This document shows, piece after piece, positions 1 to 10,269 of a stretch of DNA of 40,500 nucleotides. The position numbers were made by a program, and so were the translations under genes. The notes beneath the pieces are model-generated. The model made no database searches, was not told the origin of the DNA, and saw nothing but the letters and a program-made list of their open reading frames with translations. Source of the stretch: a virus (lineage: Duplodnaviria; Caudoviricetes); IMG/VR virus record IMGVR_UViG_3300048576_000234, positions 1 to 40,500 of that record. One strand, 5' to 3'. The number at the start of each line of letters is the position of its first letter. Position 1 is the stretch's first letter.

Positions 1-1910
1 CCGAGGCCTGAAAGCGTGTAGTTAGGAATATTCCAAGCGCCATTTGAATTGCTATATGTAGCAGCTCCGCTATTACCAGACGTTGTCAGCGACAGCGCCG
101 CCCGTGCCCGGGAGTCTGTATAGAACTTGTTCGAGCCTTCCGTTATGTCGTCTGTGGTTAGGGTTACGGCACCCACTTTACCAGCGACCGAAGTAACCGT
201 CTGTTGGTTGTCTATTCTATCCCAATCAGAACCGTTATATACCATCCAGTCGCCTATTTTATACAACTTTGATGACATGGTACCTGCAGCCGATGCAACG
301 TAATAGTAGCCTTGCTTAGGCGACGCGGGATAAGCTCCGTCAGAAGCGTCCCAGGTTCCCATGTATTTCATGGTTCCAAGCACAGACGCGGGCATTAGCG
401 TTTCGGGAATTTTCCCGTTAACGTCCAATCCAGCGTAACCGCCCGGTTCGTTTTTCATGCTTTCATCTTCTGGAGTAAACCCGAGAGCATCTTGTTTTCC
501 GTTGAACCGCGACCAATCGATCTGACCAAGATATCCGTCTGTACTGCCGGATGCTTCCGGCATTGAAAAACTACCTGTCGAAGACGAGAAAGCCATTGGG
601 GGAGATGCCGAAAACATTATCGCAACATCATCGCGGAGACTTCGCCAGGTTTTTGCGCCAGACCAGAATTTGGTTACGTCCGAACCGGTTATCTTTGGTT
701 CAGCCGTGGCCAACGCGGCCTGCGTAGCAGTGCTCACAGGCTTATTCATGTCGCTGGTGTTATCGACGTTAGACAACCCGACAGCAGCCTTGTCGAGCGT
801 CTGCCATGATTTGTCACCGCGCCAGTATTGCAATGTGTTTCCGGCCGCAATAGCCGGTTCTTTAGTGGCCACAGAAGCCAGTTTTGCAGCATCTGCCGAG
901 CCATCTGAGCTAATAACATACTGGTATTTGTCGCCTCCAATATTCGGGATAAACGCATACCGTACCGGGCGGATCCCGAACGACAACGCACGCGAACCAA
1001 AATCGGTTGTCCCGGTTGTCATGTCTATGTAATAAGCCATCGACGAGCCAGCCACTGTAGATGCCCAATAGTAATGCTGATCCAAGCCACTCAAATAGCT
1101 TCTTGCTGCATAAATTTTTTGAATATCACCCAAACTCGGAAGGTACCAGTCGGAGTAACCCGATTGCGTCAAACCGGAGCAATTGTAAGCAGCTCCGGAA
1201 GTCAATACAGAAATGATAGCCCCTGTATTGTAGCCACCTGTTAACAACGATTGAGAAGTTCCGGAGATAGTAGCATTGCTCCCAAATACACCGGCCGTCA
1301 GGTCGGTTGTAGCCGCAATAATGACTTTCGATGTGTCTGCTGTAAATCCGAAATCACCAGACTGAAGAATATACACCACAATACCGCCACCATAGGATTC
1401 ACCAATCGTCGGGATATAAGACTGCACGTTCGATTTTATCAGACCAATATTTTTCTTTGCCTGTACTTTTGACAAGCTATCTACAGATTGTGCATTGTAA
1501 GAAACAGCTCTGGCCAATGTAGTCGACATCTTAAAGGTGTCTGCAGGAACAAGATAGGATCCGGCAGCCTGATAATAACCTTTCGGTTGCCATTTACCAA
1601 CAGTGTCTGATGGAACAATATATGTACCGGCCGGTTGGTAACTGCCTTTTGGCTGCCAGTGTCCAGCGGTGTCGGTAATAGACAACTTTGCGTCTATCCT
1701 ATGCGATAAGGATAACGTATCGCGCTTGACATCTTTGATGGCTATTGCTCCACCACCACCGGCAAGTATACTGTCGTTGGTTGAGTTTGTGCGTTTAATT
1801 ACCGGCGACTGAATACTTTCAGTTACCGTTACTTTACTAAATCGGCCAGGAGATTGTGCCAAAATAATCAGACATGCAACAAGCATTATCAATGTAAGAG
1901 CCTTTTTCAT
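1..1910 (-). CDS. Tail-fibre/adhesin-like protein, open at the window edge, with N-terminal signal peptide and internal DUF1566/Lcl-like C-type-lectin-fold domain
   Basis: Not in the ORF track; manually translated from ATG 1910 (ATGA overlap with upstream stop): MKKALTLIMLVACLIILAQ...IGESYGGGIV...GYSDWYLPS...YYWAST...IRPVR...QYWRGDKSWQTLDKAAVGLSNVDNTSD...VTSVAGKVGAVTL; no stop before base 1. Confidence 0.8.
   Translation of the reverse strand, partial: MKKALTLIMLVACLIILAQSPGRFSKVTVTESIQSPVIKRTNSTNDSILAGGGGAIAIKDVKRDTLSLSHRIDAKLSITDTAGHWQPKGSYQPAGTYIVPSDTVGKWQPKGYYQAAGSYLVPADTFKMSTTLARAVSYNAQSVDSLSKVQAKKNIGLIKSNVQSYIPTIGESYGGGIVVYILQSGDFGFTADTSKVIIAATTDLTAGVFGSNATISGTSQSLLTGGYNTGAIISVLTSGAAYNCSGLTQSGYSDWYLPSLGDIQKIYAARSYLSGLDQHYYWASTVAGSSMAYYIDMTTGTTDFGSRALSFGIRPVRYAFIPNIGGDKYQYVISSDGSADAAKLASVATKEPAIAAGNTLQYWRGDKSWQTLDKAAVGLSNVDNTSDMNKPVSTATQAALATAEPKITGSDVTKFWSGAKTWRSLRDDVAIMFSASPPMAFSSSTGSFSMPEASGSTDGYLGQIDWSRFNGKQDALGFTPEDESMKNEPGGYAGLDVNGKIPETLMPASVLGTMKYMGTWDASDGAYPASPKQGYYYVASAAGTMSSKLYKIGDWMVYNGSDWDRIDNQQTVTSVAGKVGAVTLTTDDITEGSNKFYTDSRARAALSLTTSGNSGAATYSNSNGAWNIPNYTLSGL
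1536..1660 (-). repeat. Two 22-aa repeats in the fibre N-terminus
   Basis: WQPKGSYQPAGTYIVPSDT / WQPKGYYQAAGSYLVPADT. Confidence 0.8.
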
Positions 1911-2893
1911 TGTATATTATATTTGATTAGTTGAACTTTAACTTTAAAAGCAGAAGCGGATGATACTTCGACATGAACAGGAGACTGAGTCGGGTAATGC
2001 CTATTGACAAAGTCTTGAGGATACATTTCTTCTCCTGTCATATCGCCTGTCATCGAACTTTTATTATCCGAAACATTAATTGTCATTGAAGCCGGATCTC
2101 CTTCTGTTACTAATACAATTACTGACTTTAGCCAGGTGCCTGCCGGTACAAGAATGTCCCCGGAGGCAGTTAAATCGGTTGATGAAAGAATAATTGCAGG
2201 AAGTGATGCCAAAATATTGTTTAGTGTCGCATTTACTTCAGATGCTGAATCGTATAAAACGAACACAATATTTATGGCTAAAATAGGTGAAAGGTTATTG
2301 TGCGACTTTCCGCCACCAGTTTTGCCAGTTTTTGTCAAAACGTATTTCCCGTTGAAGAATGAAATTCTCCATCCATCTTTTTCGGGCAATATATTTTCGG
2401 TTTCGGTAAATTCAGGGCCATTTTGCGTATGAATGCCTTCCGTGTGGTCATGATTAGGTATTTGATCTACGTCTAACGTCTCCTCAAAAGATCCATATTT
2501 CTTACCCAATACATAATTAGATCCAGCAATAGCAAGAGAATAACCTTCAGGGCCATAAGGAACTGAAAATTTACCCACAGGTGCATTATCATTCCAAGGG
2601 GAGTTTACACCACCCAAACATGTATATGCTGTTTCGTAATCGGTAATATTAAAGAACTGTTGCGCCTCTTTTATCTTAACCATATTGGCCGGAATGGTAC
2701 TTTCTGGCCCTGGCCATATAAGCATTGATCCGGCCGGAGTTCCAGATGCGATGTTGGCAAGGTTTTCTTTTATGTACTTCAAAGTTTCTTCGATAGAACC
2801 CCCAACATCTGCCGGAGATATCGATTTAAGTTCCATTTTTGAAGTGATATTAGTCCTTATGCCATTTAATATTTGATTATATCTATCGAGCAT
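1907..2893 (-). CDS. Tail collar/baseplate-like protein (328 aa)
   Basis: Collar-like motifs TPAGSMLIWPG..IP, DQIPNHDH and TGGGKSHNNLSP; position in tail module. Confidence 0.6.
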   Translation of the reverse strand: MLDRYNQILNGIRTNITSKMELKSISPADVGGSIEETLKYIKENLANIASGTPAGSMLIWPGPESTIPANMVKIKEAQQFFNITDYETAYTCLGGVNSPWNDNAPVGKFSVPYGPEGYSLAIAGSNYVLGKKYGSFEETLDVDQIPNHDHTEGIHTQNGPEFTETENILPEKDGWRISFFNGKYVLTKTGKTGGGKSHNNLSPILAINIVFVLYDSASEVNATLNNILASLPAIILSSTDLTASGDILVPAGTWLKSVIVLVTEGDPASMTINVSDNKSSMTGDMTGEEMYPQDFVNRHYPTQSPVHVEVSSASAFKVKVQLIKYNIQ

Positions 2894-2909
2894 TGAATGT
2901 TATTTTTGT

Positions 2910-2945
2910 CAAAATTACAAGTGTGGGTATTTTATAGAAAGGACA
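2910..2945 (-). promoter_or_regulatory. Putative phage late promoter, copy 1
   Basis: Minus strand TGTCCTTT-N20-TAATTTTG, 16 nt before ATG 2893. Confidence 0.75.
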
Positions 2946-2948
2946 ACT

Positions 2949-4097
2949 TTACTGGAACTCTCCGGTAAAAGGATCCTGAAATATAGATTTTTGAATGATG
3001 GCTTTGCTGTTATCTATATAAGGCGTAAATAGACCGCCTTTATATATCATTTCAATTTTTACCGGGAATGATTCCGGTACCGGTTTTGAGCGATTGAGGG
3101 AAATGGCGTCTGCCGATACGCGGCACTCGTACATATTGTCTCCAATGCAAAGCCAGCATTCTTCTGAATTTAGCATATCGTCAATCCAGGCGCGGAGCTC
3201 GCCGACGCAATACCCCATATCGGCTTTGATTATTTCAGCCTCGGTGACGCGCTGACGACGGGTGACAAGGGAATCGGTAACTTGATCGTATTCTTTATAA
3301 AGCGCAGCATCATTGTCTCGTTCTGGCTCCGATGAAAGTTCTCCGTGTATTTGCGCCTTTTCAAAAACCCCAAGCGAATTTTTGAATACAATTGAATAAT
3401 CGCGATCGGCTTCAGCTTCGGTAATGTTGATTGTAAAAGAGAAGATGTCGTCTGTGTAAAAATCAAACCGATTGACTATTTTGCCAGATTGAGTCATGTA
3501 ATACTTCCGAACCGCGTCGAGGCTTACGGTTATGAGATCTGTTATTGTGCTATTTTCGCCAAAAATGGTTGCAATAACAGTAGATCCATCTTGAATGGTA
3601 AGATGATTGAAGTAACCGAAAAATGCTATCGGGGTAAGTTCTGATTCAGGGATATTGAATTCTTGATTCCGGCTGCGGGTTGTCAGGGTAAAATTGTAAT
3701 TAGTATTGAAAAACAATGATTCGAAAGCCGTGGATCCGGCGTTGATAATTGCAGCAAACAGCCGATCTGGGATTCCTCCCGGAACGGCATAAGATGTGAG
3801 AGTAATAGTATCTGTATCATCTGTAATAATCACCGAGAACTGTGTCAGAAAATTACTGATAGTTCTTGAAATGGAACTCTGTGTGATATAATTAGCTGCT
3901 GATTGTTTGCTAATAAGCGATTTGACGATATCTGATATGGAGAATTTGAATGCCGTGCCGGAAACGATTCCTGAAAATATCTCATTATCGGCAGAATCTT
4001 TCACCGTATAGGTGTAGTTGGATAATGCCGTGCCGGAAATGGATATCCATACTGGATTCATCACGTGATTATATGCAGGTATGGATGCACTAAACAT
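2949..4097 (-). CDS. Putative distal tail/minor tail protein
   Basis: Long ORF in tail module; C-terminal FKNSLGVFE...MLNSEECW segment resembles Bacteroidetes phage tail proteins; ATG 4097 preferred over TTG 4112. Confidence 0.55.
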   Translation of the reverse strand: MFSASIPAYNHVMNPVWISISGTALSNYTYTVKDSADNEIFSGIVSGTAFKFSISDIVKSLISKQSAANYITQSSISRTISNFLTQFSVIITDDTDTITLTSYAVPGGIPDRLFAAIINAGSTAFESLFFNTNYNFTLTTRSRNQEFNIPESELTPIAFFGYFNHLTIQDGSTVIATIFGENSTITDLITVSLDAVRKYYMTQSGKIVNRFDFYTDDIFSFTINITEAEADRDYSIVFKNSLGVFEKAQIHGELSSEPERDNDAALYKEYDQVTDSLVTRRQRVTEAEIIKADMGYCVGELRAWIDDMLNSEECWLCIGDNMYECRVSADAISLNRSKPVPESFPVKIEMIYKGGLFTPYIDNSKAIIQKSIFQDPFTGEFQ

Positions 4098-4317
4098 AGG
4101 TTTGCGTTGCAAAAATGGGTGAAACTACTTTTACATTACGAGATTGTAATGAAAGAAACTCTCCGCGAGCTGCCGACGGAACGGTAAGAAATGCATATAA
4201 GTCGGATGCGGTAAGATTTGAATTTACCATCCATGCCTGATAAGCCAAAAGTATATTGGCAATATCGTCCACGCAAGGAGCCGATATCCCGGATGAAGGT
4301 GTTTGGTTTAGAATCAT
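4090..4317 (-). CDS. Small hypothetical tail-region protein (75 aa)
   Basis: ORF directly after late-promoter motif; overlaps next gene. Confidence 0.6.
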   Translation of the reverse strand: MILNQTPSSGISAPCVDDIANILLAYQAWMVNSNLTASDLYAFLTVPSAARGEFLSLQSRNVKVVSPIFATQTYV

Positions 4318-4334
4318 ACTGTCCTTTTTTTCTG

Positions 4335-4370
4335 CAAATTTCAGGGAACATTACATAGAACGAAAGGACA
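4335..4370 (-). promoter_or_regulatory. Putative phage late promoter, copy 2
   Basis: TGTCCTTT-N20-GAAATTTG on minus strand. Confidence 0.7.
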
Positions 4371-4476
4371 AAAAATGAGACACGAATATTCGATATGTTC
4401 AGGAAATATGTAAAATAAATGCAATTTCTTTACACGTTTTCCTGATATGTAAAGCTTTTGCAATTTTCTTTACATG

Positions 4477-4503
4477 AAAAGCCCCTCCTGGATGGAGAGA
4501 CTT
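4477..4503 (-). terminator. Probable intrinsic terminator after the 859-aa gene
   Basis: AGTCTCTCC-atcca-GGAGGGGCT stem with G-U pairs, then a short T tract. Confidence 0.5.
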
Positions 4504-4507
4504 ATGG

Positions 4508-7087
4508 TTATATTGGGCAGAGCCCGGTATTGAGGACGCGGGCGCCGGACGAATCGACGGCGGCCATGCCGGGGTATTCGGCGGCGTGATTGGCGACGAA
4601 CCAGGCGACATAATCATTCAATCTTTTGACATAATCTGCGTAAACCATTGCGCGCAGTTCTGCGTTTGAGATGAAAGAATAAGTGTCAAACGCTTGTTTT
4701 CCATCGAATGTAACAACCGAATCGACAACGCCATTTACATACTTGGTAATTGAAAATGTGAGCGAACGAACAAAGCCGCTGTTGATCTGATCGGCATGGA
4801 CATATTGATACGTTGAGTCGTACAAAGGATTTGCGGAAAAATCGGTTACCGAAAATGAATTCAAAATGTTGATTGCTCCAAAATAAACCGTTACAGATGC
4901 CTGAGAGCTGCCTGCTGCAATAGTGACTTCATTAGTGCCTGTTTTCTCTTTCGTCCAATAACCTCCAGCATCACCATTCCCGTAAATTGTTGACCAGTCA
5001 AACGTAATTTTTAGGTCAGAATGAACGGGAGACGCGGCATTAAATGTGAATGTCAGCGACGAATTAAATGATATATGAGATGTAACTGTACATGTAATAA
5101 TATCTTTAGGTAACCAGGTAACAACATCTTCGCATACAAATCCTATCCATTGCAGTAGGTAACTGTTCACAGCAACCGAATCGACATATGGTCGCTGCGT
5201 GATGAAGTATTGTTCTGTCACATTGATGTTGTTGTTTGCATCAGCCGTATACTTTAGCGAATAAGGCAATACCCGCTGATTGTCGAGCAGCTTACCTATA
5301 TGAATTTTAAACTGGTGCAACTGCATCGCATTCAATCTAAGATTGCATTTCACCTGAAGCAATGATGTTTTTAGCAGCTGGTCGTGCGCTGCCCAGTAAA
5401 GGTTATACAAATTTTTTGGAGACAAACCATCAGGGTCATAACCACCGTTTCGGTGATCTATGTCGCTGCAAGTGCCGTCGCCGGTAGCGTTGTAGATATT
5501 CGTCGTGCCTCCCCAATAGTTTATCTTCGTGGTTCCATCGGCCAGCGTCACCGATTGCTGCGTTTTTGTGCGGGCGGCAAACATAATCGGATTCTCCTTT
5601 GCATCTTCGGCTTGCGCTACGTTGTTCACGTAAACGATGGAATTTAGGTTTCGCGGTTCTCCGATATAAGGGACGGCAACCGGAACGCAATAGGTAGTTC
5701 CTGTTTGGGCAAAAGCTTGTAAAACCATCGGTACATGCTCGTCACCAGCCGAATGTTCTTCAAAAGCCAGGGCTGTACTGTCGCTGGTGTGATCGTAAAA
5801 GTTACTGCCGGTAAATTCAACCGATCGGGTAGCGGCATTGTTGCTGTCGTATGTGGTTTTCTTAGTAAAAAATGAGTTGGTATTCTTGCAAAAATAGACT
5901 CCATCGGCAACCGAATCGTCTTTAAGATCAATGGGAGAATTGACTGAAATTAGGGTGCCACCATATTTCTTTGCAAACAGGGAATATGTTTCCAGTTCGG
6001 TATTGGCATATTCTATCGACCGACTTCCGGTTAGTTTTAGTTGCTTAAAATCTGCCCATACTGGTTTTGACCGTTCGGTTTTAAGCGCGGTAACATCCAT
6101 ATCCGGAGTTTCCGCACCAAAAGCGTTGGCGTTGCGAAAGCGAACCGACACTATTTTGCCATCGAAAATAAACTTTAGTCCATACTTTTCCTCTACCGAT
6201 TTGATTATTTCCGCAATCGACTTATCCGGGATAAGGTTTTTGTAATTTATCGCCCCTTTAATAACCGTATCGGCCGTGTTATTCAGAAAGCACTCCAGGC
6301 TGAGAACCGAATCGGAAAGAAACGGATTTGCCGAGAACGTATATCCAAGTGTTGTGAATATGAAGTCGAGCACGTAACCGACCGAAAGGAATAGGGTTGC
6401 GCCAAAACCTACCGGATGTTTTGTCCAGGTATCCGAATCTGTTTTGATTTGGAAGTCGGCGTTTTTCGCCTGCAGGAAAAGCCGGTTGTTTGCAGAATCG
6501 AAACCGGCCGGATAATTGAGGCCGCAATCAAAAAATATTTTAGTGCCCCACATTTTTGTTCCGGAAACTCCGCCACCAAGCGTTGAATTTCGCTCGTTCC
6601 AGTCGGAATAGCCATATCGCATTGCCACCGGGAAAACAAAACCATCGAAGTTAACTCCGCCATTGATCCAGCATTGATACAGATAATCGACCGCTGCAGC
6701 CGCAGATCCGAAATTTCGCGTTGGCCATGCCATATCGCTCATCATTTTGTCGGAGCCGTCAGGGTAGGTGAGATCCGCATAAAACATGCCATTGCCGTAG
6801 TAAATGGTGCCGGTGATGCCATCGTCGGCGGCGGGTTCACTGATAACCAGTTTGCCTTTATAGGTTTTCGGCCCTATCTCCACCCATACGTCAGTGTCCT
6901 GGATGATGCGGGTTTTACGATCGAGACGGTCGGGATGGTAGAGCAACTGTAGGTTGTTCTCCGTTGGCGGGAATGTTACCGGAAGGGTTTGTTCTCCCTG
7001 ATCGGAGAAGAACGGGTTATATTCTTCGTTATCGGTACTGAATTCGGCTCCAAGGTCAAAATTTCCTTTGCTATTGTAGATGCGCAT
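4508..7087 (-). CDS. Tail tip/hub-like protein (859 aa)
   Basis: Directly downstream of tape measure; N-terminal NPFFSDQGEQTLPVTFPPTENN motif typical of Bacteroidetes phage tail proteins. Confidence 0.65.
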   Translation of the reverse strand: MRIYNSKGNFDLGAEFSTDNEEYNPFFSDQGEQTLPVTFPPTENNLQLLYHPDRLDRKTRIIQDTDVWVEIGPKTYKGKLVISEPAADDGITGTIYYGNGMFYADLTYPDGSDKMMSDMAWPTRNFGSAAAAVDYLYQCWINGGVNFDGFVFPVAMRYGYSDWNERNSTLGGGVSGTKMWGTKIFFDCGLNYPAGFDSANNRLFLQAKNADFQIKTDSDTWTKHPVGFGATLFLSVGYVLDFIFTTLGYTFSANPFLSDSVLSLECFLNNTADTVIKGAINYKNLIPDKSIAEIIKSVEEKYGLKFIFDGKIVSVRFRNANAFGAETPDMDVTALKTERSKPVWADFKQLKLTGSRSIEYANTELETYSLFAKKYGGTLISVNSPIDLKDDSVADGVYFCKNTNSFFTKKTTYDSNNAATRSVEFTGSNFYDHTSDSTALAFEEHSAGDEHVPMVLQAFAQTGTTYCVPVAVPYIGEPRNLNSIVYVNNVAQAEDAKENPIMFAARTKTQQSVTLADGTTKINYWGGTTNIYNATGDGTCSDIDHRNGGYDPDGLSPKNLYNLYWAAHDQLLKTSLLQVKCNLRLNAMQLHQFKIHIGKLLDNQRVLPYSLKYTADANNNINVTEQYFITQRPYVDSVAVNSYLLQWIGFVCEDVVTWLPKDIITCTVTSHISFNSSLTFTFNAASPVHSDLKITFDWSTIYGNGDAGGYWTKEKTGTNEVTIAAGSSQASVTVYFGAINILNSFSVTDFSANPLYDSTYQYVHADQINSGFVRSLTFSITKYVNGVVDSVVTFDGKQAFDTYSFISNAELRAMVYADYVKRLNDYVAWFVANHAAEYPGMAAVDSSGARVLNTGLCPI

Positions 7088-7095
7088 GATAGTTA

Positions 7096-9744
7096 TTATT
7101 TAGAGTTTCCGAGGGTGCCACGGTTGCGGGATCTTCTTAATATGTCCTGCTTCTTTTCCAGTTCCGTAAGGTAAATGCCTGCCGGTATTCCGTTTTGTTT
7201 AAGGTCGTTCAATAAGCCGTAAAGAGCATACAGTATATCGGGTGAATATCCTCCAACTCCTGCCGGAGAACCTGTATAACCTCCATCGGCATACCCCGGC
7301 AATGCATTGACAGAAGTGCGTTTTTGTCGAACATTCTCAATAGCGTGCACATATTGAATCACCATCGGATCGCGCATCTCCGGTTGTGCTACTACGTATT
7401 CGCCCCGATGAACCGGGCCGGCAACATCGAAACGAGCACCATCTCCGGTGTATCCTCCTTCGGAATAACCATTTACTACCCGCGTGCTGTAAGTTGTAGA
7501 GTTGGCAGAAGGAGATGATTTGGATGAAGAACTGTCTGTGAATGAATTTGAAACAATGCTTTTTACCGCTGAAAAAACAGCTTCTATAAGTCCAGTCATA
7601 ATAGCAGCTCTTGCAAAGCCAGACGCTCCCAAAGTCATTACTGAATCAGGCTGAGCCAAAGAAACTGCTGTTGCTCCTGCTATTTGAATTTCTACAATTG
7701 ATTTTAAGGTGTCTAATCCCATAAGGACAATTGATTTTAAGCCTGATTTTACTAAATCATTATTCCCAGATATAACTCCTCCGATAATTTCTCCTGTTGA
7801 ATCTGCTAATGATAATGTCATTTCAAGCAGTCTCTTTCTTTTCTCTTCTGTAGCTTTTAAATTATCTTGCTCAGTAGCAAGCATATTCTTCCCTATGTTT
7901 TTTAAGTCATTCCCGGCTGACTTTGTGATGCTTTTCATGTCGGCTGCAATTTTTTTTGCAATCTTGGCATCCACATGCCCTATTTCTTCCATTATCTTTA
8001 TCTGGAGTTTTAGTAGTTCGCCGTGAATTTTTTCCCGCTCTTTTTTCTCGAGACCCATAATGGATAACTTCTTCATCAAAGATTCTTCTTCTATTTTTTG
8101 AAGAGCGTTTTCGTACTCCAGTTTATTTTTTTTACCAAAGGCATACAACTCTGCCCATCGATTCTGTTCTTGCATTTTTTGTACATCAATATTGTCTAAC
8201 TGTTTTTGAAGCTCTTTTTTTTGATTATTAGTTTCTTTTTGATGTATACCACTGATGTTTAGCCCTGATTTTGTGGCTCGTTTTTGTGCTTCGGAATAAA
8301 AGGTTTGGCCTATTTTTGATAACTGGTTGTGGTGGTCCTGATATTTTTTAGTTTGAGACACCCTTTCTTTATCGGCGGCATCGTTGTAATCTTGCCTCAA
8401 TTTATTGAGATAGGCATACGACTGAGTCATGCTTTCTCTGAATTGTGCTTCCGTGCCGAGATAGTTGCCTTTATTCCACACTTTTTTTAGATCTTCGATA
8501 ACTTTTTCCTGTTCCTTTATCTTATCGATAAAGTCTTGTGATTGGGCGCCAAGCACTACGGAGTTCGAACTCAAAGAAATGTTCATGATCTTAACCATGT
8601 CTTTTGCAGATTCGTCGAACAACGCATTGGCAATAGCCATTTTTTGCATGGCTTCAATGTATGACTCTTTTTTATCGGATATATGCTGTATTGCGGCGGC
8701 GGCATTGTTTGCTTTTCCCATTGTATCGCCCAAATGCTGGTTGTATATAGCTGTAAACTGACTGGATGTCATTAGACCGGATTGATATGCCTTTTGTGCA
8801 TTGTCTACTGCTTGTAAGTGTTTTACGGCTTCACCGTATACGCCTCCAGAGTCTTTGAGCGTATTAACAAGAACAGATGCCGATGAAGACATTTGGTCGG
8901 CGGCTTTTTTCCCTTGAAATAGCTTCTCTATCCAGTTGCCTATCGGTTTTTCAAGTAACATAAATGCCGCCATGGCAATGTTGGCCACACCGGCTACGCT
9001 AAAAATGGATTTACCTATGACACTCCACATCGATTGCGCTTTGCCTCCCTGTTCAATAAGTTTCTTGTTTTCTTCGCGCAAGGCGGCGTAAGAAAGAGCT
9101 GCCTGCCCAAAGTTGTTTGATATGGACATGACGAATGTACGCATGCCAAGTGCTGCGTTGGGCAATTCACTGATCATATAGCCAAGATTCATTCCAAACA
9201 TGCGCGCTGCCGAGCTATTCTCTTGAAGAACGGAAGATGTGGATCGTAATGATTGCATTCGAAGTTGAACATTCCCAAGTTCTTTTTCGAGTTTTGCATA
9301 GGTCTCAGGATTAGCAGACTTTGACGTGTTCTCCCATTGCATCTGCAATTCCACGGCACGTTGTTTAAGCTGCGACATGGTCATATCTTCAATACTCATT
9401 GTAGATATTATTTTCTTTTGCGCAGCGTCATTTTCTTCAATGGCTTTGGTGTTAGCAGCTATTTTTGTTTGATAATCAGCTATTTCGGCTTTTGCAGCAA
9501 GATACGTGCCTTTGGCCGCATTAAAGGCAGATGAATTTTCAAGTCCTTTTTTGGTTAGGTTATCCATCTCTTTTGCAGCCGCAGCCATCTGCTTAGAGGC
9601 TTCTCTCATTTCGACCTGCATGTCGCGGTTTTTTTGAGTAAGGTCTACTGATACAGATGAAATTTGCTGAAGTTCTGCCTGCACACCTGATGTATCCAAA
9701 TCGAGAATCCATCGTATCTGATCGTCTGTTACTTTGCGCCCCAT
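7096..9744 (-). CDS. Tape measure protein (882 aa)
   Basis: Long Ala/Lys/Gln-rich helical protein with hydrophobic segments; C-terminal GYSEGGYTG...AGPVHRGEYVV and GYADGGYTG motifs. Confidence 0.88.
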   Translation of the reverse strand: MGRKVTDDQIRWILDLDTSGVQAELQQISSVSVDLTQKNRDMQVEMREASKQMAAAAKEMDNLTKKGLENSSAFNAAKGTYLAAKAEIADYQTKIAANTKAIEENDAAQKKIISTMSIEDMTMSQLKQRAVELQMQWENTSKSANPETYAKLEKELGNVQLRMQSLRSTSSVLQENSSAARMFGMNLGYMISELPNAALGMRTFVMSISNNFGQAALSYAALREENKKLIEQGGKAQSMWSVIGKSIFSVAGVANIAMAAFMLLEKPIGNWIEKLFQGKKAADQMSSSASVLVNTLKDSGGVYGEAVKHLQAVDNAQKAYQSGLMTSSQFTAIYNQHLGDTMGKANNAAAAIQHISDKKESYIEAMQKMAIANALFDESAKDMVKIMNISLSSNSVVLGAQSQDFIDKIKEQEKVIEDLKKVWNKGNYLGTEAQFRESMTQSYAYLNKLRQDYNDAADKERVSQTKKYQDHHNQLSKIGQTFYSEAQKRATKSGLNISGIHQKETNNQKKELQKQLDNIDVQKMQEQNRWAELYAFGKKNKLEYENALQKIEEESLMKKLSIMGLEKKEREKIHGELLKLQIKIMEEIGHVDAKIAKKIAADMKSITKSAGNDLKNIGKNMLATEQDNLKATEEKRKRLLEMTLSLADSTGEIIGGVISGNNDLVKSGLKSIVLMGLDTLKSIVEIQIAGATAVSLAQPDSVMTLGASGFARAAIMTGLIEAVFSAVKSIVSNSFTDSSSSKSSPSANSTTYSTRVVNGYSEGGYTGDGARFDVAGPVHRGEYVVAQPEMRDPMVIQYVHAIENVRQKRTSVNALPGYADGGYTGSPAGVGGYSPDILYALYGLLNDLKQNGIPAGIYLTELEKKQDILRRSRNRGTLGNSK

Positions 9745-9779
9745 AGTTGTTTTATATGATTACGTTATTTATAGATTGG

Positions 9780-10250
9780 CTATAACATTCTTCTGTATTT
9801 TTTATCAAAATCGGACTGCTTATCTGTTTGAAAAAAAGCATCCTTAAGTATGCGCCCAACATAATCTGGAATCTCTTTCCCGTAATTATTGCGTAAATCG
9901 CGCATGGCATTATGATATAGGATTCCCCATATTTGCTGGTTGTAGATCTGCCGGTTCCCAAGTCTCTTCATGTCGAGGAACCGGATGTAGACCGGATATT
10001 CAGGAGACAGTTTAAAATTTCCTCCTTCGGCTATAAAGGTGTAGCGGGGGCAGGTAATTGAATCGAGCAATTGACCCGATCGCTTTCCGATCAGACTTCC
10101 GTATCGCTTCTGAATTTTAAGAGTTCTTCCTCGTATGTAGGTATTGGAGCTAATGATAAGCCGTTGTGCCCTGTAAATGTTTTCGATGTCGCGAAGTAAT
10201 ACCTCACGGACGAAATCTTCTTTGGCAATGTCGGCAGGGATTGCAATCAT
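9780..10250 (-). CDS. Putative neck/tail-completion protein (156 aa)
   Basis: Basic protein with RSGQLLDSI and YIRFLDMKR motifs, immediately upstream of tape measure. Confidence 0.55.
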   Translation of the reverse strand: MIAIPADIAKEDFVREVLLRDIENIYRAQRLIISSNTYIRGRTLKIQKRYGSLIGKRSGQLLDSITCPRYTFIAEGGNFKLSPEYPVYIRFLDMKRLGNRQIYNQQIWGILYHNAMRDLRNNYGKEIPDYVGRILKDAFFQTDKQSDFDKKYRRML

Positions 10251-10269
10251 AATTGTAATTATTATGATG

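Noticed and set aside
1-1910. Active diversity-generating retroelement
   Set aside because: Target-like domain present, but no RT, Avd or template repeat in the window
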